From the NCBI RefSeq assembly GCF_964204645.1, contig NC_134026.1, positions 2,751,950 to 2,815,949 on the forward strand: a stretch of DNA of 64,000 bases. Direction: 5' to 3'. Each line of letters starts with the position of its first letter. Positions within the stretch are counted from its first letter, which is position 1. Both the position numbers and the translations under genes were made by a program. Shown piece by piece: positions 54,901 through 64,000 of this stretch. The notes below the pieces were generated by a model. The model worked only from the letters and a program-made list of their open reading frames with translations, did not search any database and was not told the origin of the DNA. This DNA comes from Tubulanus polymorphus (taxonomy: Eukaryota; Animalia; Nemertea).

Positions 54901-57900
54901 AAGTAAAAAGTTTATCAGTTCTTTTATTTCATCTCTGTTGGCATATACGATTTTCGAATATACGTATCACACTTCACTGATTCTAGTAATTATGTATTAC
55001 AATGAATATTTTTGATCGGAAATAGGTATATGGCAACTTCAAAACTGTCACCGACATATGCGCGGAAGGCATTTCCGTGTTTCGACGAACCACAATTCAA
55101 AGCAACTTTCGACGTAACCCTTAGAAGAAAGAATCCAATGAATTCGTTAAGTAACTCACACAAGTTGTCATCATCGAAACCGGAGTAAGTTCAATGTCTA
55201 AATACTGTGTAAAAAAATACCGAGAAAAAGGAAATCTAGATGAACCGTTTATTTATCATGTTCATATATTTCCCTTCATCGATACAGCGCTGATGGATGG
55301 ATCGACGATGTTTTTGCCACGACGCCCGTTATGTCGACGTATCTCTTGGCATTTGTCGTCAGCGAATTCAAGTCAATAGAAAGAAAGTCTAAAAGTGGAA
55401 CCACGGTGAGAAAGTCAATGTAAATCTTTGTATATACCGGTACAATGTTTTTTTACGACGATAAAGAGTTGTAACCTGCTCATCGAAATCGTATTGACTG
55501 ATGTGATAATTCTGTTATTCAACAGGTCCGGATATGGACAAGACCGCAGTATATTACCTACGCAAAATATGCCGACTCAATTGCAGCAGATATCCTCGAA
55601 TACCACGTGGATTATTTCAAAGTAGATTTCCCATTGCAGAAAATGGGTAATTACAATAAATCACATATAAAGAATGATAGAAATAGACGAAACTATAATA
55701 TAGGTTCCATCATCAATTTCAGATTTGATAGCAATACCACAAATCCAAACAAACGCTATGGAAAACTGGGGCTTAATCACGTTTCGCGAATCGACGCTGC
55801 TTTGTGACGTTGACTATGCCTCCCAAGATTACAAGATATTCATTGCTCTCGTAATATCTCATGAATTGTCTCATCAGGTATAAGAATGAATACGAGTTAA
55901 GGTAATATGAAACTTTAATGAGATACACAGTTTATACGTATTGTGATATGATGTATTTTCAGTGGTTCGGGAATTTAGTTACAGCGAGTTGGTGGGATGA
56001 TTTATGGCTGACCGAAGGTTTTGCTACCTACGTTTCATATGCCGGCGTGCATCACGTGGAACCCAGGGTCAATGTATGGTCAAGTATTCTAATAGCTTCA
56101 TCAACAATAAATCCAACAGAACAACACATTGTAACTGAAAAGCCATCTGAATTAACTAATTAAAGAATACTAACAGTAATATATACATTTTAAGAGTAAC
56201 ATCAACATCAAATCTGGCATTATAAATTTCGGAATTCTTTATTTACTTGATTTCATTTTAAATGAACGAAGATTGATTAAAAATATGTATATCACCAAAA
56301 ATACATTAAGAGTTATGTATTTTTGATATCGCGAACAGGATGATGAGAAACTATTGATCGATACGATAAATGTACTTCGGGATGATAGTTTGAGTGGGAC
56401 ACGTCCAATCTACGCGCAAGTCAATAACCCATCAGAAATATCCAGTATATTTGACTCAATATCGTATGGCAAGGTTAGTTATCCGACCCGACCCGACCCG
56501 ACCCGACCCGACCCGACCCGACCCGACCCGACCCGACCCGACCCGACCCGACCCGACCCGACCCGACCCGACCCGACCCGACCCGACCCGACCCGACCCG
56601 ACCCGACCCGACCCGACCCGACCCGACCCGACCCGACCCGACCCGACCCGACCCGACCCGACCCGACCCGACCCGATTTCGTATTTAACACACAGTAACT
56701 GAATCCCGATATAGAGTTGATATACGTTCGGTATTATTCAGGCTTCACGTGTGATTCGTATGATGAATATGTTCCTCGGACCAAAGAAATTCAAGAAGGG
56801 AATCACTGTGAGTATTGGTTCGGTCGCAAGGTAATATTTGACAAATGCTATAACGGAATAGGAGATACGAATAGAAAGAGGAGGCAGCGACTGAGCATTC
56901 GCGTAAACATCATTCATAATATCCTCCAAAATGTTGTCTTTTTTACTCAAACATGTAACTAGCAAATTATGCGTATATGTTTTATGGCAAGAAATTAATG
57001 ATTTCTTGAATACTTTCAGAAATACATCAAGGACCATAAGTATTCTGCTGCTACTCACGATGATCTGTTGAATGCTCTAACTGAGGTACGTCATTTCACC
57101 ATTCTCCGACGGAAGCTCTTTAGGGGAATAAAAGAAGTGTATATATTCAAAACCTGACTGCGACGAGCGATATATCACAGAGGAATAAAAATGAAAAAAA
57201 ATAGTGGACAACTTTGAACGAATCAAAGCCGTAAGAGATTCGGCGATATGTTCACTTTCATTTATGCCCGTGAGACGCTTCCGTGGATCTACCAGTAATT
57301 GTCATTATATTTTTGGAAGGCTTCTCGGTCGCTGAAAGTCTACACTACCGATGACCTACTCAACTTCTTCAACGAGGTACGCCAATAGAAAAACATCGAT
57401 TCATCGATATTCCCACCGGAACCGTCATATTTTTTTTACATAATATTTTTCCAGACATTCAGGACACAAAAAACATTCACTTCGGATGAGTTGATACGCG
57501 CTATTACAACGACCCGAGATATAGTGGTAAAATGAAACTGTAGTTCTAGTTTCAGTTCTCAACTCATTTATAATTCCACGCATATCAAACCCAGGGGTAG
57601 ATCTGTAAGGCCTTTTTTCAGAGTTTTTCTTTCTGAAATTTCTAACCTATCTAAGAGCTCCATTTGGGGTTCCAGATGCTATCGGGTTTCAATCTCCGCC
57701 ATCGCCTCTAGTTTGGTAGTTTATTAGCCTCCTCAGGCGGTAACGGTCCATTTTTTAGTAGTGAATACCTTCACGGGAGATGTTTTCGTGGCGTTAGAGC
57801 CGTAGTATTTAAGAAATGCTTTAATCGTGAATTTCTAACTTTTTACACATAATCAATCAAATAGACTTTATAACAGGATTTAAAGTGATCGTTTTTTTTC

Positions 57901-60900
57901 GTAGTTGAGTCAGGTAGAGCCAGTCGGTTCTATTATGGACTACGGAAGATCAACAGCTCAAACTCGTTTAATATAGTCTATGGTTTTATAGACCAGGAGT
58001 CCGTTTTTCATTATTCATAATATGTTAAGTCGTTTTACGGTTTGAACGGGTCCTAAAGATGCAGTCTCACAGAGGTTCGCGGTTGTTATGTTAGGCTTTA
58101 GATAATTGAAATTTGAAATAAGTTCATTTTCAACCTTATTTCACATAAGTTCACATTTAATCTTAATTCTAAACCTTACCGAGCCTGTCTTTAGTACCGG
58201 TAATAATAATAATAATTATAATTTTATTTCCATAATAAATTACAACATACCATAAGGATTCCTCTATGATTTGCTGGTGATGTCACGTTACCTATTATTT
58301 CGGGAAGATTAACGCTACAAGCTTTTTTCTGTTTTCACTAGGCCAGTAGAGAAAAGACTTCTATAAATGTGTCAGAAATAATGTTGCCATGGATTAAGCA
58401 AAAGGGATATCCGGTAGTGACAATAGAACGCGACCAGAATGCCCCTGATACAGCAAACGTCAGACAGGAACGCTTCCTCCTGTACGCTGATAACGCTACG
58501 ACAGACAGGTACGACTTATTTTTCATAAAGCGTTTTTTATTCGACTAACAAATACGTGATAAATACAATAATAAATCATAAGTGTAAAAAAGCATGTGTT
58601 GCATATTGGATTAGTCTGAAGTGGCACGTACCCCTTACTTTCACAACAAACGAGTCGACTCCTAACTGGTCAATGGACAAAGCGAATATAATTTGGATGA
58701 ATCAAGATAACAGTAAGTCATTTTAGCTCCAGCATCGGAAGACATAAAGTATAAGTTAGTTCTTTCTTTCTGTTTTTAAAAACGTTGATCGTATGAATAT
58801 TACTTCATCAATTGCCGTTTAAACTCGTAATAGATTTTCTTCCCCAAAAAAGTAAATGGTATTCACGTATCGGTACATATTCAAGTATTTACTTTAAGTT
58901 ATGGTACTTTGAATATTTCAGCTCGCATTGGAAAAAGCGACGGGTACCCCTCAGACCCGAGCACATGGATTATCGCCAACATCGCACAGTGCGGTTACTA
59001 TCGAGTCAATTACGATCAGAAAAACTGGAAGGCGATCATTCAACAACTTAAAAATAACCACAAGGTACCTTAGTCGATTTATGGAAAGATGGCCCTTAAT
59101 GATTTCTTTTGATATTTCCACTGGGATCTTTGCATCGACGTGTCAAAAATTTCAGAAGGGATATTATATAAGATATTTTGTTGCAGGTGATAGATTCGAG
59201 GAATCGGGTTCAACTGATCGATGACGCGTTCTATTTCGTTCGGGCAGAAATACTCGATATGACGACTGCGCTGGAGCTGTCCGAATATATGAAAGACGAA
59301 TCCGAATACTTTCCGTGGAAAACTTACATTGATCACTTAATCTACATAGACCCGCTGATTGGAGCAACGGACCTTTTCTGGGAATATTCGGTAATATGAT
59401 CTCATGATATGTATGTTGATTTAACATTGGTTACGTCTCAATAAGTACATCAAATTCATGATAGAAACAACAATTCCTGCGTTCCAGTTATGTATTCTGG
59501 CGTTCAGTTTTGATCAGTCGAAGTCTCAATATATAACCAAATAAATGTATATTCGCATCAATTGAAAGAACCTTTTCGCGAAATCAATTTATTCAGGGGT
59601 AGATCTAGGGGTCGACTTCGACAGGAGCCCCAAGAAGTGAAAAGGGCATATGCTGAAAAGTTATCCACATAGAACCAAAGTATGCAGGGGTCTGGACAAA
59701 TTGGAATTTCGGTACATTTAATGTAATTTCCAGACACTTGAGAGTCATTAAAAATCTGAAAGAAATAGAAGACATTGGCCCAAAAATTGCAAAAAGTTGC
59801 TCTCCTCTGGATTTGCCTCAGTTGTTTCAAAAATAGAAATAAATTTCATCCGAAAAATACCGAATTATTCAACGTAATTCTTCTTTTTCCCAGCGATTCA
59901 TGGCACAGCAGCTTTCTGTAATGTACGATAAACTCGGTTGGCTCGCTAAGGAAACGGATTCTTTTACAGATACGTACGTAAATTAAACAATGAAAAAGTG
60001 TATATTTCTGTCTTTGATGTACATGTACATTAGTAGATGTACAAAGCAACAGATTTAATCGATACATTTATAGGGCGTAACTCCAGGTTCGCTTCTGAAC
60101 CTCAAGCAAAGCGTGGACTTTTAAACAATGAGTAAATCTTAACACTCGCTTTTTTCGCTGTGGTTTCTGGAACCGGGTACACACCTCATTACGACAAATA
60201 CTTGATATACATGATAATAATAATCATCATCATTATCATTATTTTTAGATACTTAAGGACTTCGATGTTGGATAATTCATGTTATTATGGACTCGAGGAT
60301 TGTATAGCGAAGGTCTCTAGTATTTATGCGAATTGGATGGCCGATCCAGAAAATAACCCGTAAGTAATGACGTATAGTGTACGTAACTGTATTTCTATCA
60401 AATGATATGATAATAGATTCCGACGACGATTTTGTTGTTCCGATTTTATTCTAGGATTGATCCAAATTCGAAATTTATGGTAATCTCCAATGCCATTCGA
60501 AATGGTGGTCAGAAAGAGTGGGATTTTTTGTTTGATTGGTATCGAAAATCTACAAATCAAGAAGAGAATAAACTATTTGTGGCTTCATTGGGATATTCCA
60601 ATGACACATCCATACTTAACAGGTGAGTAAAAGCCGTACAATCGTCTTACACTTCATGATGCCTCGTGCCCATGGGCAATAAAATGGATAAGAGTGCCTA
60701 CTTTGCATCGCGTAGAACCCTTACAGAATATTACATGTAGTTATAATGATGAGGGTTAGTTCTGCATGGATAGATACGTGTATTGAGGTAGGGCCAACAA
60801 TGTCATTGTTTAAGTGAAGTCTTCTTTGGTGCAGTTAAATGCTTGATAATTTCCAAGATTTGAAATTGCTTCTAATATTCGCGATTTGATTCTGTGACTG

Positions 60901-61545
60901 TGGCACAAAAGCATGCAATATTTTTATACAAAATATTCTTGCTTTTATTGTCTTTCATTCTGCATTTTTCATCTTTTTCCCCCAGTTTTTTGAACCAAGC
61001 GCTGGACTTACCAGACACCCCGCAAATCATGCGGGCAGTTGGTAAAAACCCCAAAGGCAGCAGTCAGGCTTGGAAATACTTTGTGGAAAACTGGGATACT
61101 ATATTCACGAGGTAGGCATTTCATAAAACTCCAACCTCCAAACGTACCAAACTTATTCAATAGAGAAATAATCATCATCATGTTAAACATGCTACATTGC
61201 ATTCTATGTTACAGGTACAAGGATTCTTCGCCTGATTTGGAAACAATCATCGGCGGTGTAACAACGAATTTCAACACCGAACAAGAGTTGAATGAGGCAC
61301 GTAAAAAACCATCCATATTTGAAGAATGTTTAGACCGAAATAAATCGATTAATTGATTTTATGGAAAAAATGTGTTTACAGAATGCACAACCATTCTCTC
61401 ATTATAGCTGGAAACGTTTATTGGAACTCACCCCGACCAAGCTAGTTACTTTGACACGGCGGTCAAGCAGACGAAAAGCAATATACTCTGGATGCAGACG
61501 AACGAAGACAAAATAAGGAATTGGCTAAATAAACTCAACGTGTAA
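51955..61545 (+). CDS. M1-family zinc aminopeptidase (aminopeptidase N-like), probably secreted
   Basis: Signal-like exon 51955-52036 ([22 protein letters not shown]), then ~20 exons from 54497: [64 protein letters not shown]...[31 protein letters not shown], ending NWLNKLNV*. Confidence 0.93.
53089..53218. repeat. Imperfect palindrome with degenerate hammerhead-like core
   Basis: AAAGTCCTACAATAGAA/TTCTATTGTAGGACTTT, TTTCAGCTGTTGACT/AGTCAACAGCTGAAA and GCCATCA/TGATGGC nested inverted repeats. Confidence 0.8.
53299..53504. mobile_element. Penelope-like pLTR inverted pair with degenerate hammerhead
   Basis: GAGAATCCCA..ACGAAAGATGAAGTCCG..TTTAAGCT versus AGCTTAAA..CGGATTTCATCTTTCGT..TGGGATTCTC; + strand 53398-53437 TTC-TTGAAGT-T-GACT...AGTC-GAAACGTC-GAA; same family as 5861-5982. 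Confidence 0.7.
56483..56676 (+). repeat. Perfect (ACCCG)n pentanucleotide microsatellite, ~38 units
   Basis: Directly visible; intronic, starting ~10 nt after the donor at 56474. Confidence 0.99.
59594..59822. mobile_element. Degenerate MITE (CAGGGGTAGATCT terminus)
   Basis: CAGGGGTAGATCTAGGGG versus CCTCTGGATTTGCCTC; same left end CAGGGGTAGATCT recurs at ~57592. Confidence 0.45.
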
Positions 61546-62269
61546 AATGTATACTTGAATCAGTATATATACAATCAATCATTCATTCCTTAATGTGGCT
61601 TAGGGGATACATTTACTTAGATTTAACTGTCCTATATCATCTTTGAATAAATCAAATATTAACTGGGTATTGACTGTCTATTTCTGTTCTGAGTCTATAC
61701 GCCGTCAATCGGTCCCCGCGTGCGGGAACCCTCGAAACGCACATATAAAAGCGTGCTCCTCAGGCTTTCAGCTCATCAGCCGTGCAGGAAGACGTCCGGA
61801 GTCTGCGTCAATTGAAAAAGTCTCTGCAGTTGCCTCTACAAGAGTGACACTGTTCGTTGTACTTATCGCAATGAGTGCGGCCCGGACTGGCTCAGATTAT
61901 AGCGAGGCCCCTCTTAGCTATTCCGTTATCCTTAAATGCAGCTACGATCAAACTTATCGTATGAAATCATATTTACCAAAACCTAGATTATACGATCGTC
62001 GTTGTGAGAGGCCCGTCCCATTCCCATCCATCGCCATTACTACATATTGGCCGCCGCATCAACAAAAGACACTTTGTGAAAATTAGATCCGTTGAGTAGT
62101 TTTAGATGCTCGTCATTGAAAGTGCAAGAGGAATTCTCGCAATGTTCGGTTCACTTAAAGTCTTTCCGCTGTTTTTACGCGATATAGACCAATAAAGCTA
62201 ATTTTAATTGAATTGTATTGTCTGGGTCTCAATATATCGGAGCCACCCTTTACTGAACCTGCCATTAAC

Positions 62270-62277
62270 CCGGAAGT
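62270..62277 (+). promoter_or_regulatory. ETS/GABP-type motif CCGGAAGT at AIP promoter
   Basis: Exact motif ~35 nt upstream of AIP ATG. Confidence 0.5.
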
Positions 62278-62308
62278 AAATTAACTTTATTTCGGAAAAA
62301 CCAACAAA

Positions 62309-63742
62309 ATGACTTCAGAATCGGATTTTGGCATTTCAAAGAAGATCGTTTATGCAGGGAAACCTTCGAGCGCTCGAGAAAATGGCTACGTCGATGGTAC
62401 AAAGGTGTGTAAAACTGAATCTTGATTTAGAACTAACTAAACTATTACTAACCGCATTCTCTTCTTCTAAATTGCATTTGCGATTTGCAAAGGCATAGCC
62501 GCATAGCCTCAGCCAAGATAAGAAGATATTTGGGTATGACTGCAGTTTAGGTGTCCCTAATGGTTATGTACCTAACCTTACCATAACACTATTCTTTAAT
62601 AACACTAACGCCACCCAGTGGAAAGGTGACCCAAACTGCAGTTAGACCGATATTTGTGCCCGCACGTCCTTTCTCAATCATTGTTATATGCCTCTCAAGG
62701 ATTACTCGATGCAACCCGACCATCAAGCAAGAAATGATGGTGGCATGAGACTGCGATGAATTCCTCAGATTAGGATGGCCTTTTACCGTCCTACATTTGA
62801 TTTGCTTATTATTTCTGCCCTATATTAATCTATTTCAGCTTACCTTCCATTATCAAACTCGTAAATGTGATGAAGAAAAGACAGTTCTCGACGATACTAA
62901 GAAATATTGCAAACCGATGGAGTTGATTCTGGGTAAGAAATTTAAACTGGAAGTTTGGGAAGCGTGTCTGAAAACGATGAACCCTGAAGAAGTGTCGACG
63001 TTCACAGTAGATAAATCAGTGAGTGATACGGCCTGAGAAAATCAGTATTTTCTGGTCGCAGTTAGCCTACATCGATTCGTGTTCATTATTTTTCTTGCAG
63101 CTGGTACAGTGTTATCCAACAGTGGCGAAAAGTTTGCGGGATTATTTCTCTAATAAAAAGGCTGAAGAGCGTAAACATTGTTGTGGAATGATGTCAATGG
63201 CCGAACAAGGAGGTTTAGGATACTGTGATCTCGATGATTTGATGAAAAATCCTATTGATTTAGAGTTTACATTAGGTTTGTTCAATTGAATAATAGTTTA
63301 CAAATGTATCATTATCATATACAGAAGACTCCACTCGGATATTTTGGGGCAGGACGAAATTAGTTCAATTCGAGAGTGATATCGGAGTTGGATGGTACAT
63401 GTGTTAAATCATAAATAGGTTCAGAAAAATGTCAAAATCTTAATCATATAACTATCAGTGAAATATTGCTTACTGGTATGTACTTAATGAGGATCCTTCG
63501 AATATTCCATAACATCTGCTGTTGTGCCTAGGATCTATCTGGTTTAATTTTGCAGAATTGGTGAAAGTAGAAGAACCGGGCGACTATCGAAAAGAAGCTT
63601 GGAGTATGAACGAAGATGAGAAAATAGATGCGATACCCAAGTTGAAAGAAGAAGGCAATCTTCTGTATAAAGAGAAGAAGTATAAAGCGGCAGCTGATGT
63701 GTATGCAGAGGCAATCGGAATGTTAGAACAACTTTTATTAAG
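62309..63742 (+). CDS. AIP: AH receptor-interacting protein (FKBP-like + TPR), 5' part; gene continues beyond window
   Basis: Exons 62309-62404, 62839-63018, 63101-63275, 63556-63742: DGTKLTFHY, KPMELILGKKFKLEVWE, YPTVAKSLR, HCCG, first TPR LKEEGNLLYKEKKYKAAADVYAEAI. Confidence 0.93.
62540..62642. repeat. Short inverted-repeat element in AIP intron 1
   Basis: CTGCAGTTTAGGTGTCC versus GGTGACCCAAACTGCAG with internal degenerate CCTAAC/CATAAC/ACTAAC units. Confidence 0.5.
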
Positions 63743-63927
63743 GTATTTGTTTATTTCTAATCATGAATATAAGCCAAACACGTCCTGATTAACGAGTTTC
63801 ACTATGGAATTTGGCTTAGAATACTGAGTTAACAGTTTCAGAATGTTTGTCAATATAGATTACACACAAATTACCTACTATTGTTCATGATTGGTAGAAC
63901 ACTATATCCGTGTTAACGCGATGTAGA

Positions 63928-64000
63928 GAGAATCCCACAATGATAATAAAAAGTCCGAAAATGAAACTTCGAGATGGTAGTTTATTTCAACGTTTCGACT
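63928..64000 (-). mobile_element. Third copy of Penelope-like hammerhead repeat, truncated by window end
   Basis: GAGAATCCCACAATGATAA...AGTCCGAAAA...TAGTTTATTTCAACGTTTCGACT; minus strand AGTC-GAAACGTT-GAAAT is the 3' half of the hammerhead core. Confidence 0.65.

Noticed and set aside
56354-56702. (PDPTR)n and (GRVGS)n repeat proteins; CRISPR-like array
   Set aside because: Translations of an intronic pentanucleotide microsatellite; no spacers.
61755-61795. CTGATGA...GAAA on minus strand as another hammerhead
   Set aside because: Only 3 nt between the core halves, so no stem II, and stem III does not pair.
61643-62086. 147-aa + strand ORF
   Set aside because: Non-ATG start, no recognisable domain, no splice context; likely a by-product of local GC richness.

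Overview
AT-rich, intron-dense, gene-compact animal genomic DNA (invertebrate, probably lophotrochozoan; inferred from short 70-100 nt introns and gene content, not proven). Hand-traced GT/GC-AG spliced models give eight protein-coding genes: BCKDK (+), a large smoothelin-family gene with two smoothelin modules, three Ig I-set domains and a C-terminal CH domain (-), SMG6/EST1A (+), ALKBH2 (-), CZIB/C1orf123 (+, absent from the ORF track), an SLC7 light-chain amino-acid transporter (+), an M1 aminopeptidase N-like gene (+) and the 5' part of AIP (+). Non-coding features include a young MITE with 208-bp TIRs, Penelope-type repeats carrying minimal hammerhead ribozyme motifs, and a long (ACCCG)n microsatellite. 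The most interesting observations are a frame-enforced pair of mutually exclusive exons swapping the first helix of the smoothelin CH domain, two extra homologous in-frame exons and a GAMEN-to-NAMEN change in the aminopeptidase, a near-intact intronic hammerhead, stacked uORFs in the SMG6 leader, three GC-AG introns, and an unidentified GC-rich structured island next to the AIP promoter. Exon coordinates were counted by hand and may be off by a few bases.
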